A stretch of DNA of 33,024 bases from Candidatus Saccharimonadales bacterium (GCA_035650795.1 DASRGY010000070.1:1-33024), one strand, 5' to 3'. Shown: positions 11,219 to 19,649, counted from the stretch's first letter. Notes: generated from the sequence alone by a model not told the origin. Made by a program: numbers and translations.

Positions 11219-11740
11219 CTACATCAAAGATAGTGCACAGTCGATTGCATAAGCCAGATCATCTAAGTTCTCATACGAGGCAAGCTCGCTCCGTTTAATC
11301 CAGATGAATTCTGTATGTTCTTCATTAAGTCTTATAGCAGGCTTCTCTTTTAACGAAACTAAACATGGAAAGACTATATAGCTTCTTTTTTCTTTTGGAT
11401 TTTTTAGAGTATATGAATTTCCCATCTTAATCTGAAAACCTTTAACGGACACAGACAACTCTTCCTTAATCTCCTGTTTGGCTATTTCTTTAACCGGTTT
11501 GGGCTCATCAATAAAGCCATTAACTGTCGACCAATATCCTTCCGCGTCTGCCAGACCGTAGCCTCGTTTTACTAGTAGTATTTTTCCTTCATAAACTACT
11601 GTACACATAACAATTGGAGCAATTTTAGCGTTAGTATAATTTACATATTTGCCTTTATATAATCCATACTTCTTTAAAGCTTTTTCAAGCCAAAGTTTAA
11701 GCTCTTTTTCTTCTATACCTTCCGAGATTGTGTAATTCAT
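11219..11740 (-). CDS. Nudix-like hydrolase
   Basis: A Nudix-box-like segment GFIDEPKPVKEIAKQEIKEELSV is present, with QEIKEE in place of RExxEE. I moved the start from the ORF-track Met at 11755 to the Met at 11740, because the longer ORF overlaps the tRNA-Val 3' end. Confidence 0.6.
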   Translation of the reverse strand: MNYTISEGIEEKELKLWLEKALKKYGLYKGKYVNYTNAKIAPIVMCTVVYEGKILLVKRGYGLADAEGYWSTVNGFIDEPKPVKEIAKQEIKEELSVSVKGFQIKMGNSYTLKNPKEKRSYIVFPCLVSLKEKPAIRLNEEHTEFIWIKRSELASYENLDDLAYAIDCALSLM

Positions 11741-11745
11741 ATAAT

Positions 11746-11822
11746 TGGTGGGCAATATAGGACTTGAACCTATGGCCTCAGCAATGTGAATGCTGCGCTC
11801 TAGCCAGCTGAGCTAATTGCCC
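11746..11822 (-). tRNA. tRNA-Val, anticodon CAC, with encoded CCA
   Basis: Manual cloverleaf of 77 nt: GGGCAAT TA GCTC AGCTGGCTA GAGC G CAGCA TTCACAT TGCTG AGGCC ATAGG TTCAAGT CCTAT ATTGCCC A CCA. Confidence 0.9.
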
Positions 11823-11847
11823 CCTCTATCCCCTAAATTATAGGGAT

Positions 11848-13158
11848 TCAAGATTTATCTATAAAGTCTTGGCAAAAGCGCTCAAAGACTGCGTTGGTCC
11901 ACCCAAAACCTGTCTGCGAGGGATAAACTCCTTTAGCTGGCGGCTTATTGGGTTGAACTACATTATACTTCTCTAAAAATACGCCGTGTTTGTTAAACCA
12001 AACCAGATTTGTTCTAAGCCATTTTAAGGCTATCCGACGAGCTTCGTCTTGATAACCATATTTTTGCAGAGCTTTTACCACTATAAAGTGTAGCGGCGCC
12101 CAACCATTCGGATACGCCCACTGCGTGGGCAGTGCACCAGGCACCAAACTGCTAACCTGCGGAGCATCTGTGGTGGCAAGACCTCCCTTTTTTTCAAACT
12201 TTTTTAGACTGTTTACAAGTCGCGCAGCCTGACGGTTGTTAGCCAGTCCCGCCCACATGGGATAATAAGCTGCTAACGAAGCGACACTGCCTCTGCTCTT
12301 TTTTACATAGTTGTAATCATAATACAGACCACGGAGTTCGCTCCACATTAGACTATTCATAGCCATTAAACGGCGGTGTGCTGCACGATCCCAGTTATCT
12401 GCATGTTGCTTGTTGCCTAAAATCTTGGCTGCAGCCGCAAAGTCTTTCTCGTATTTATAAAGTAACGAGTTGAGATCGACTGGTAGATAGTTAAGAGCCT
12501 TGCGCCCAAAACGTGGTGTCATATCCCAGCCGCTTTCAGCCTCAGCCAGATCATGAAGATAGTTAAAATCATAGTAGCGACTCAAACCTTCGTACACTTG
12601 GCGGGCATGGGGTTTACGAACACCCATCCAGACATCATTGTATTCATCTTCAGCCACCTTAATCGAACTGGCTAGCCATTTCTTATCAAGATTAAAAACA
12701 CTGTAAGCTTCCATTATCAGCGAGCTTAAAAAAGGTGGGTGTGAATGGGCCAAATAAAATGTTCTTGAGCCATTAGGTATAACCCCGAATTTTTTATACA
12801 TAAATATTAGATTTTCAATCATTCCTATAACAAGATCTTTGTGGGTTTTATCCATCATGCACTGAGACATAAAATAACTGTCCCAGTAATACATCTCGTC
12901 ATAATCAAATTCGTGCCCGGCTTCAAACGATGGAACTAAGTAAGCCCGCGGCAATCCAACTAGGCTGTCTTTATCTTTTGGATTGTATCGGGTTAATTTA
13001 TCCCAATAAGCAGCAATATAATCGCGGGCTGGTTGCACTTCCTGGGCTGTCAAATTCAGGTGATTCGGCCTCATCAAATGAGGTAATTTATTGGTTAGAT
13101 TTTTTGCTTTTTGTAACACTACAATAAGAAGCCTACGCCTATTAAATCGGATTATCAA
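11848..13158 (-). CDS. Alpha,alpha-trehalase, GH37 family
   Basis: Both trehalase signature regions are present: EMYYWDSYF and PTQWAYPNGWAPLHF. The true start may be the internal Met (MRPNHL...). No clear signal peptide is present. Confidence 0.85.
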   Translation of the reverse strand: MIIRFNRRRLLIVVLQKAKNLTNKLPHLMRPNHLNLTAQEVQPARDYIAAYWDKLTRYNPKDKDSLVGLPRAYLVPSFEAGHEFDYDEMYYWDSYFMSQCMMDKTHKDLVIGMIENLIFMYKKFGVIPNGSRTFYLAHSHPPFLSSLIMEAYSVFNLDKKWLASSIKVAEDEYNDVWMGVRKPHARQVYEGLSRYYDFNYLHDLAEAESGWDMTPRFGRKALNYLPVDLNSLLYKYEKDFAAAAKILGNKQHADNWDRAAHRRLMAMNSLMWSELRGLYYDYNYVKKSRGSVASLAAYYPMWAGLANNRQAARLVNSLKKFEKKGGLATTDAPQVSSLVPGALPTQWAYPNGWAPLHFIVVKALQKYGYQDEARRIALKWLRTNLVWFNKHGVFLEKYNVVQPNKPPAKGVYPSQTGFGWTNAVFERFCQDFIDKS

Positions 13159-13170
13159 CCGACATCCAGA

Positions 13171-14274
13171 CTAGTTTGCCGATGATTTTATCTGAGCGTT
13201 TTCTTCTATATACCTTTTTATAACAGCATAAAAGCTTTTAAAGTCGGTACGCGACAACCATTCGTCGTCAGAATGTGAGAGCCCACCCGTAGGGCGAGTT
13301 AATACACAGGGTATTCCAACATCGTTGAAGAACCGGGCATCACTAGACCCATTTGAGGAAACAGTGCCTACTGGTTTTTTAATTACATCAGCTGCTATCT
13401 TCATGAAGGAAGATATATATGGATTACTAAGATCATTTTGAAAAGGCTGAATTAGCATAACCGTTTCAACCTCTACTCCATTTTTGGCTGCAGCCTTATT
13501 GACAATGTTTTCCATTTTGCTCAAAGTTCCTTTATCGACAGTTCTAATATCAAATGAGGCTTCGGCTTCACCGGCACCCTGATTGATGGCCATTCCAGCA
13601 GACAAGCCAGTTAGTGTGAGCGTGCCCATATCCTCTGGACGATTTTTAAAGTTAGGAATTATTTCGTTAAGGGTTGCTACTAATTTAACAATTGCGTTGT
13701 CCCCCTCCCATGGATGAGCTCCGTGAGCAGGCTTACCATGAGCAATCAATTTACCAAACCATATGCCCCTAACACCTGCTTCTATCTGCCAATCTTCGCC
13801 GCCATCCGGCAAGATGCAAACATTGGCTCTATACCCCTTACCTAAAAGAGCTTTTACACCGTTTTCACCACCCACCTCTTCGTCACTGGTAAGCATAATG
13901 CCGAAATCATACATAGAAAGATTAGGGCCAAGATCCTCAGCTAATCTTAGAAATGCTGCTGCTGCAAATTTCATATCAAAGACACCACGGCCATAAAGTT
14001 TGTTACCTTTAACTTGCAAAGAAAACTGTTCTTCTTTGGCAGGCACGACATCGAGATGCGCCTGCAATAGTACCTTTGGCGATTTAGTATCTCTGGTTGT
14101 CGCCACTAGTGAATGATAGCCGTTTATCTCGTAGTTCTGTATATGCATCCCGTTTTGGCGCAAATGTGCTTGTAGGAAGTGGAAACAGCCGCTCATGGCC
14201 CCATCATCACCATCTACAGTCGAGAAGGCTACTAAAGTATCGAGTAAAGTTACTAATGAATCCGAATCAGACAT
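13171..14274 (-). CDS. M20-family metallopeptidase/deacylase, ArgE/DapE/CPG2-like
   Basis: Metal-ligand motifs LLQAHLDVVPA, GRGVFDMK and LTSDEEVGG are present. A central dimerisation-domain insert and a C-terminal HSDDEW are also present. Confidence 0.85.
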   Translation of the reverse strand: MSDSDSLVTLLDTLVAFSTVDGDDGAMSGCFHFLQAHLRQNGMHIQNYEINGYHSLVATTRDTKSPKVLLQAHLDVVPAKEEQFSLQVKGNKLYGRGVFDMKFAAAAFLRLAEDLGPNLSMYDFGIMLTSDEEVGGENGVKALLGKGYRANVCILPDGGEDWQIEAGVRGIWFGKLIAHGKPAHGAHPWEGDNAIVKLVATLNEIIPNFKNRPEDMGTLTLTGLSAGMAINQGAGEAEASFDIRTVDKGTLSKMENIVNKAAAKNGVEVETVMLIQPFQNDLSNPYISSFMKIAADVIKKPVGTVSSNGSSDARFFNDVGIPCVLTRPTGGLSHSDDEWLSRTDFKSFYAVIKRYIEENAQIKSSAN

Positions 14275-14294
14275 ACTGTTTTATCCTACCAAAT

Positions 14295-16013
14295 TTATCT
14301 CATACTGCTTATAGCACTACCTACGGCTCTAACAGCAACTTGCTGGACTTGCACATCCCTTTCTGTTCCGCCGTTAATCCATGCCGCAATTTCGTCTAAG
14401 TGTTGTCTTAGAGCTTGTCCTGCATGGCGTTCACAGTCGACAATTATCCGTCTGTCTGACCATCCTGGATGAGCATGACGCAAATCTTTGACTCGTCTTT
14501 TTGCCCAATGAGCAAATGTTCCTTTACCTGTCTCATAATACCCATAGACCGATGTAATGCCGTCTTCGTTCCTGTAAACAGAAAAATCTTCATCGCTTGG
14601 CACTGCAACAGCACTTTTAATTTCTGACTCTGTTTCGTCTGATATTCGTCCAGGACAACTATCTTTCAGAAACTTCAACAACTTAAGCATCTGCTCACGA
14701 GCAGTAACAACATGCTCCCCGTCAGGGGACAAGACATTGGCATCAAATCCTTCCTTTGAAACAGCAACAGTATTTTGGTGGGCTATCGCAAGTGTCTCAG
14801 CCGTAGTTTCCTTGGGTAAGATTATTGACAATTCCTCAGCCAGGTCACTATACTTTCCAGTCCTGCGGGCCTCTTGAACAGTTTCAATAAAGGCGTTCAT
14901 AAGTTCGGTAGTAGCCAAAATACGTGGGATGTTATATCCCGCGGTATCCTGTGCACAGATTTCTACTGTCCCTAAATCAAGTCTCAAACGATCCCTATGA
15001 TGCCCAGCTACACGTGATGGATTAGGGATTTCACCCGTACGTAACATCTCATCCATTTGTTCATATATAGCTTGTTCGGTTTCAGGTAAGGGGTTCTTAT
15101 AGACACCTCCACTAGGAGAAGCATGTGTCCGCAAAATATTTCTAACAGATAGCCAGCTTTCATGATCGAGTCTGATACCCTCTTCATCAGTCATATTTTC
15201 CGCAATAACGTCGGTTGAGGATAACATCTTAGCCAAGTTTGGGTTAACCTGACCTTCAAAATGAGGAGCGGCTAGGGATGTTGCAAATAAAAGATGCGAA
15301 ACTGCCTGGTAGGCGTTAAGGGTTTTGGCTGCTAACCCTACGTCACTACACTCGAAGTGTATTTGGTCACCCGTTACCACAAAATGCTTAGTACGACTCC
15401 AGCCCATTCTGTCTGGATTAAACATCACCCCTAAAATATAGTTATGGTAAAAAACATCTTGCGGAGTCGCTTCGCGGCTAGCAAAGGTACTATACGGACT
15501 GAAACTCAAGTTATGCTCAGCTAGTTGGCAATCAACATCCAAAATAGTTCTGTGCAAATTAGCTACAGCCTCGCGGATTGATTCTCCAGGGTCTACTTTT
15601 GGCTCTAGAATGTTGTTAGTCATCTCTGGGCTGCCGTCATATTCTTTGCCCAAAAGCTCAGCGACTGGTGCGTAGGGGGTGTAAGCCTCATATGGTGAAT
15701 CTGAAGGTAAATGAACTCCTACTTGCTCAAGCGGCATATTAACGGCAACTTCAGGCTCATGCCCGGCTGCATAGCCTCGTTCTGGCTCGCCAAAAAGCTT
15801 CAGTTCAACCCGGCCTACATTATTTCGCCATGCTGGATGCGCAAAATATCCCACTGGCCTGCCATCTTCGCCATATATCAACCCCCCGCCTCTCAACGGA
15901 TCAGAGTCTGGGTGACGATAATAGCCCCAAGACTCAATAACATCATCTGCCCAGCCTGCTGGGTATTCTGTAGATTCGTATTTATGACTGCTATTTTCGG
16001 TTTGCTCCGCCAT
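14295..16013 (-). CDS. Hypothetical enzyme, divergent glutamate-cysteine ligase family 2 / carboxylate-amine ligase-like, with N- and C-terminal extensions
   Basis: 572-aa ORF. Several segments align by eye to YbdK/GCS2 landmarks. ILEPKVDPGESIREAVANL corresponds to the E-x-x-T-x-P block, and GDQIHFE to the G-x-H-V-H block. LLFATSLAAPHFEG corresponds to AL-S-A-N-SPF, and RLRLDLGTVEICAQDT to R-P-x-x-GT-x-E-x-R-x-x-D. The Arg of that last block is replaced by Cys. The family call is tentative. Confidence 0.45.
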   Translation of the reverse strand: MAEQTENSSHKYESTEYPAGWADDVIESWGYYRHPDSDPLRGGGLIYGEDGRPVGYFAHPAWRNNVGRVELKLFGEPERGYAAGHEPEVAVNMPLEQVGVHLPSDSPYEAYTPYAPVAELLGKEYDGSPEMTNNILEPKVDPGESIREAVANLHRTILDVDCQLAEHNLSFSPYSTFASREATPQDVFYHNYILGVMFNPDRMGWSRTKHFVVTGDQIHFECSDVGLAAKTLNAYQAVSHLLFATSLAAPHFEGQVNPNLAKMLSSTDVIAENMTDEEGIRLDHESWLSVRNILRTHASPSGGVYKNPLPETEQAIYEQMDEMLRTGEIPNPSRVAGHHRDRLRLDLGTVEICAQDTAGYNIPRILATTELMNAFIETVQEARRTGKYSDLAEELSIILPKETTAETLAIAHQNTVAVSKEGFDANVLSPDGEHVVTAREQMLKLLKFLKDSCPGRISDETESEIKSAVAVPSDEDFSVYRNEDGITSVYGYYETGKGTFAHWAKRRVKDLRHAHPGWSDRRIIVDCERHAGQALRQHLDEIAAWINGGTERDVQVQQVAVRAVGSAISSMR

Positions 16014-16047
16014 TTAACTCTCACTACTTACTTATTTGACATAGAAA

Positions 16048-16076
16048 AACCGGACTGTTTTTGCTGTAGTCCGGTT
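16048..16076 (-). terminator. Intrinsic-terminator-like hairpin inside the 5' leader of the ligase-like operon
   Basis: The minus-strand RNA reads AACCGGACU-ACAGCAAAAAC-AGUCCGGUU followed by UUUUU. The stem is a perfect 9 bp. It lies 35 nt upstream of the ATG at 16013 and downstream of a candidate promoter at 16191..16219. Confidence 0.55.
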
Positions 16077-16190
16077 TATTGTTGCTATTGATTTTGTTGG
16101 CTAACGCGATTTGTTCAAACTACAGCATTATCACTCATGACGAGCATAATAATGTTGAGTCCGAAAACACTTCGCTGAACCATATCAACT

Positions 16191-16219
16191 TTTATACTAC
16201 ACCTTACAATATAATGCAA
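16191..16219 (-). promoter_or_regulatory. Candidate sigma70-type promoter for the ligase-like/M20/trehalase operon
   Basis: On the minus strand the -35 is TTGCAT at 16219..16214. A 17-nt spacer follows, then the -10 TATAAA at 16196..16191. Confidence 0.4.
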
Positions 16220-16269
16220 GCTCTAATTTAACCCCTGTTTGACGGTTAAAGTATTACTGTATAGTAGAT

Positions 16270-16962
16270 ATGTACATGGATGATCAAATCGGAGATAAAA
16301 CTAAGTCCAGGTATGATCATGGTATTGATCTGCTCTTCAAAGAAGCACGCGAAAAAAAATACCCAAAAAATCAAATAATTGCCTACCAAGGTGATACGCT
16401 TTCGGCAATTTATTTGATTAAAAAGGGTTATGTTAAGGCGTATACAATCTTGGACACAGGCGATACCCGTACGATGTTTATACTTGGTCCAGGTGATATC
16501 TTTCCCATCGCCTTTTCTCTGACTCTGGATTGGGAAAGCTACCAACTTAAGTATTTTTATCAGACCCTGGCTGAGGTGTCTTTAAATGTGCTTGATAATG
16601 AATCGTTTAAGCGCTGCATAGATACCAAACCCGAGATGTCTAATATTTATATGTCTTACATGAGTGCTTCAAATCAGGCAATTATGGGTCAGTTGGAGGC
16701 AATGAAGAATAAAACAGCAAAATCTAAAATTATGCTTCTTCTGCCTTACCTGGTTGAAAAAATCGGGCAAAAAACAGGACCAAATACTTACAAGCTAGTT
16801 CTTAAATTATCCCACCAAGAAATAGCAGATCTATCTGGTATAACACGAGAAACAACAACGGCTCTTTTAAAAGAACTCGAAAAAGACGGCGTCATTAAAC
16901 AACAGCGCAACACCTGGATAATTCATTTGGATGAAAATTTGGAAGAGAACCTCTTAGGCTAA
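16270..16962 (+). CDS. Crp/Fnr-family transcriptional regulator
   Basis: There is an N-terminal cNMP-binding-like beta-roll (YPKNQIIAYQGDTLSAIYLIKKGYVKAY). The C-terminal HTH is SHQEIADLSGITRETTTALLKELEKDGVI. Confidence 0.85.
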   Translation: MYMDDQIGDKTKSRYDHGIDLLFKEAREKKYPKNQIIAYQGDTLSAIYLIKKGYVKAYTILDTGDTRTMFILGPGDIFPIAFSLTLDWESYQLKYFYQTLAEVSLNVLDNESFKRCIDTKPEMSNIYMSYMSASNQAIMGQLEAMKNKTAKSKIMLLLPYLVEKIGQKTGPNTYKLVLKLSHQEIADLSGITRETTTALLKELEKDGVIKQQRNTWIIHLDENLEENLLG

Positions 16963-16978
16963 TAAACAAGCTTCTTCT

Positions 16979-18673
16979 ATGCGTCATTTAACTTACTATA
17001 GGTTGCCGCTGACAATAATATCCGGCTCGGTACTTTTAAGTGGAATTATTACAATAGTTAGCGTTCTCTTCGCGCAAACACAGCTGCAAACAATCAAAAT
17101 AGTAAGCGCTGATGTCAAAGTTACTCTACTGGTGGGATTGAGCTTTGTTTACTTAGCCACTTTGCTTAAGCGTGGTAAGCATAATGCTTGGTTAATTACT
17201 CTGCCGCTATACATCTATCTGGTGGCACGCAATGTTCAGCATTTTATCTTCGATCAGCCGGAAAATATTGAAGATGTTTTACCTGCTATCCTCAATCTTT
17301 TAGTACCATCAATTGCACTTGTAGGTTTAGTTTTTTATAGACATTTATTCACTGTCCGCAGCGAGATCAGCAACTTTAAACTTGCCGTTAGACGTGCAGT
17401 TATAATCTTACTGACTACCTTTTTATACGGGGTAATTGGCTTCCAGCTAATGGATAGATCTGACTTCCACCAGGAAATCCCTTTAGCCAGCGGCGCGCAC
17501 TACACAATTGACCAGTTTGGCCTGACTACCAATCAAGAACTTAGGCCATACACTAAGCGAGCTAGAATATTCTTGGATTCATTGGCATTTATTAGTGTGG
17601 GATCGCTATTTTACGTAGCGATATCTTTCTTTTCACCAATCCGTCACAGACTTGGCAGCCATGATCGTGAGATAGAAGTTATGAAAAGCCTACTTAAAAA
17701 ATATCCCTCTAGTAGCGAAGACTACTTTAAGCTCTGGCCACGAGACAAGTCTTATTTCTTTGGGCCAAATTACTCTTCTGGCTTAGCCTATAAGGTAGTT
17801 GGCGGAGCAGCACTTGTTGTCGGCGATCCCATAGGGCTTAAATCAAGCTACAAGCCGTTATTAAGTTCTTTTGGGGAATACTGTCGGGTAAATGACTGGA
17901 GCCCCTCCCTGATTCATACAGAGCCAACAAGCTTAAAACTATATGAGGATTTAGGCTTCGAGATTCAAAAGATTGGCGAAGAAGCAATTATCGATTTAGA
18001 GCACTTCATAAAACATGTCGCTAACAATAAATATTTCCGTAATATACGCCGGAGGTTTGAAAGCTTAAATTACAGTTTTGAAGTACTTAATCCTCCTCAT
18101 TCTCAATTGACCCTAGATCAACTTAAGAATATCTCAAATGACTGGTTAAAGGTACCTGGACGTACGGAGCGGAGCTTTATGATGGGCTATTTTAGCGAAG
18201 CCTACATGCAACAATGCCCGCTGATGATAATTAAAGATGCCCGTGGGCGAATACAGGCATTTATTAATCAAGTCCCACCTATTTTTAATCAAGCTGAAGC
18301 CAATTTTGATCTGCTACGTCATAGCCTAGATAGTACAGGTAACATCAACGATTATTTACTTCTTAAGTTCATAGAGTACCTGTATCATCACGGCTTCAAG
18401 TCATTAAATATGGGACTAGCTCCGCTTGCAGGTCTAGAAATAGGAGAAGATGATCGCTCTGCCCTCGATAATTTACTATCTTTTGTTTACGCAACAGGTA
18501 ATCGATTTTATTCTTTTCAAGGACTCAAGAGGTTTAAAGCAAAGTATGAACCTAGGTGGGAGGGCAGATACATTATTTACACTGGTGGTATAAGCGGCTT
18601 TACACGCACAATGAACGCACTTTTGAGAGGTATGAAATTAAAAAACAGTAGTCTAGCCTATAGAAGGCTTTGA
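16979..18673 (+). CDS. MprF-like aminoacyl-phosphatidylglycerol synthase, with about 6 TM helices plus a DUF2156-type cytoplasmic domain
   Basis: The N-terminus is hydrophobic with about six helices. The C-terminal domain carries LysPG-synthase-like blocks: FRNIRRRF, ERSFMMGYF, NMGLAPLAG and FKAKYEPRWEGRYI. The gene lies 16 nt downstream of the Crp-like gene. Confidence 0.8.
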   Translation: MRHLTYYRLPLTIISGSVLLSGIITIVSVLFAQTQLQTIKIVSADVKVTLLVGLSFVYLATLLKRGKHNAWLITLPLYIYLVARNVQHFIFDQPENIEDVLPAILNLLVPSIALVGLVFYRHLFTVRSEISNFKLAVRRAVIILLTTFLYGVIGFQLMDRSDFHQEIPLASGAHYTIDQFGLTTNQELRPYTKRARIFLDSLAFISVGSLFYVAISFFSPIRHRLGSHDREIEVMKSLLKKYPSSSEDYFKLWPRDKSYFFGPNYSSGLAYKVVGGAALVVGDPIGLKSSYKPLLSSFGEYCRVNDWSPSLIHTEPTSLKLYEDLGFEIQKIGEEAIIDLEHFIKHVANNKYFRNIRRRFESLNYSFEVLNPPHSQLTLDQLKNISNDWLKVPGRTERSFMMGYFSEAYMQQCPLMIIKDARGRIQAFINQVPPIFNQAEANFDLLRHSLDSTGNINDYLLLKFIEYLYHHGFKSLNMGLAPLAGLEIGEDDRSALDNLLSFVYATGNRFYSFQGLKRFKAKYEPRWEGRYIIYTGGISGFTRTMNALLRGMKLKNSSLAYRRL

Positions 18674-18924
18674 ACAGCATCGTCTAGCTGTGAAGGATCT
18701 AAGCTCTTGTCAATTGACTGTGCGTCTAGAGACTGACTCGCAGCCTTAACATCAGCTGCTGATGTAGTCTTATTAGCAGGCGTAGTAGATGTTGATACAC
18801 TATTTGATGCAGAATTATGGCTGTTATAGACTCTATAAGCTACCAGCCCAACAGCAAGAAGTATTGCCAGAAAAAGAAAGAGTTCAAAAACACCAAATCC
18901 TAAATTGTTTTTTTTGGTCTTCAT
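18658..18924 (-). CDS. Small type IV pilin-like (class III signal peptide) protein
   Basis: The N-terminus is MKTKKNNLG|FGVFELFLFLAILLAVGLVAY. It shows a basic leader, a Gly at -1, Phe at +1, Glu at +5 and a hydrophobic helix. The mature part is only about 79 aa and is S/T/A-rich. The start overlaps the upstream stop (TAATG). Confidence 0.45.
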   Translation of the reverse strand: MKTKKNNLGFGVFELFLFLAILLAVGLVAYRVYNSHNSASNSVSTSTTPANKTTSAADVKAASQSLDAQSIDKSLDPSQLDDAVQSLL

Positions 18925-19577
18925 TACTGCTCCCCTCCAGCGCTAATTAAACTTTTCAGTACAGCTTTAACTGCTGCTTTATACGCTAGTAGATCTGTTT
19001 TTGCCTGTGAGGTTGCAGCTCTAAAGGTTGCGACGTTCTGGGCCACTGTATCGGTTGTGCAGTCAATATTAACATTTAAGGATTTCAATGCATCTACCGA
19101 AGCCTTGGCTTTAGCTTGAGCATCGTTTGCAGTCGAAACTAGCTGGTCAAAGTTTGCTGGGCTGACATTGTGGTTTTTTTGGTAGTCAAGTCCTTTCTGG
19201 AAAAAACTATCTATTTTTGTCTCAAAAGCCGAACCGTTTTTTTGGATTTGGTTAAGTTTGGTCTCTAAGCCATGCTTAGCGGCTTGACAATTCTTGGCCT
19301 TTTCCTGCACTGTGTGCTGTTGGACTTTTGCTTTCAATTCGGCCAGAAATAAGCTACCGCTATGCTCGGCATCTGTCTTGGCTTTCTCCTCATCAGTCTT
19401 TTGTTGTTGGGAGCTATTTTTATCTGTATCTGATGATTGAGCTTGATTTTGAGCAGTATTATCTGTGGTAGTAGTATCGCCCCCATTGCCATCTTCAGCG
19501 ACCGCCATAGCAGGAGTCAGAAGTAGCAAGAAAGCTCCTACTATCATCAATAGGCCGCGTATCTTTATTTTTTTCAT
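18924..19577 (-). CDS. Secreted alpha-helical, coiled-coil-like hypothetical protein
   Basis: The start is placed at the internal Met, giving signal peptide MKKIKIRGLLMIVGAFLLLLTPAMAVA. The remainder is K/A/Q-rich helical sequence. The ORF-track start at 19640 adds 21 aa that do not look like a signal peptide. Confidence 0.6.
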   Translation of the reverse strand: MKKIKIRGLLMIVGAFLLLLTPAMAVAEDGNGGDTTTTDNTAQNQAQSSDTDKNSSQQQKTDEEKAKTDAEHSGSLFLAELKAKVQQHTVQEKAKNCQAAKHGLETKLNQIQKNGSAFETKIDSFFQKGLDYQKNHNVSPANFDQLVSTANDAQAKAKASVDALKSLNVNIDCTTDTVAQNVATFRAATSQAKTDLLAYKAAVKAVLKSLISAGGEQ

Positions 19578-19649
19578 TTTTATTCCGTTTATATTTAGAA
19601 TTATACTGCTTAAAATATTATACGCTTCGATTAATTGCAATAGCTAATC

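Noticed and set aside
16249-16255. Isolated AAGTATT or AATACTT half-sites at 16249..16255 (Crp promoter region), 16783 region (inside the crp CDS) and 32457..32463 (surface-operon promoter)
   Set aside because: None has the partner half-site at the 8-nt spacing. A single AT-rich 7-mer is expected by chance in this sequence, so these were not counted as copies of the palindrome.
15711-16545. 126-aa plus-strand ORF (15711..16091) and 99-aa minus-strand ORF (16246..16545)
   Set aside because: The first is antisense to the ligase-like gene and runs through its leader and terminator. The second is antisense to the Crp-family gene. Neither has motifs or a plausible start context.
19578-19640. Longer N-terminus (MQLIEAYNILSSIILNINGIK) for the secreted coiled-coil protein
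   Set aside because: A canonical signal peptide begins at the internal Met at 19577. The extension is AT-rich promoter-like sequence lying just below the tmRNA terminator.
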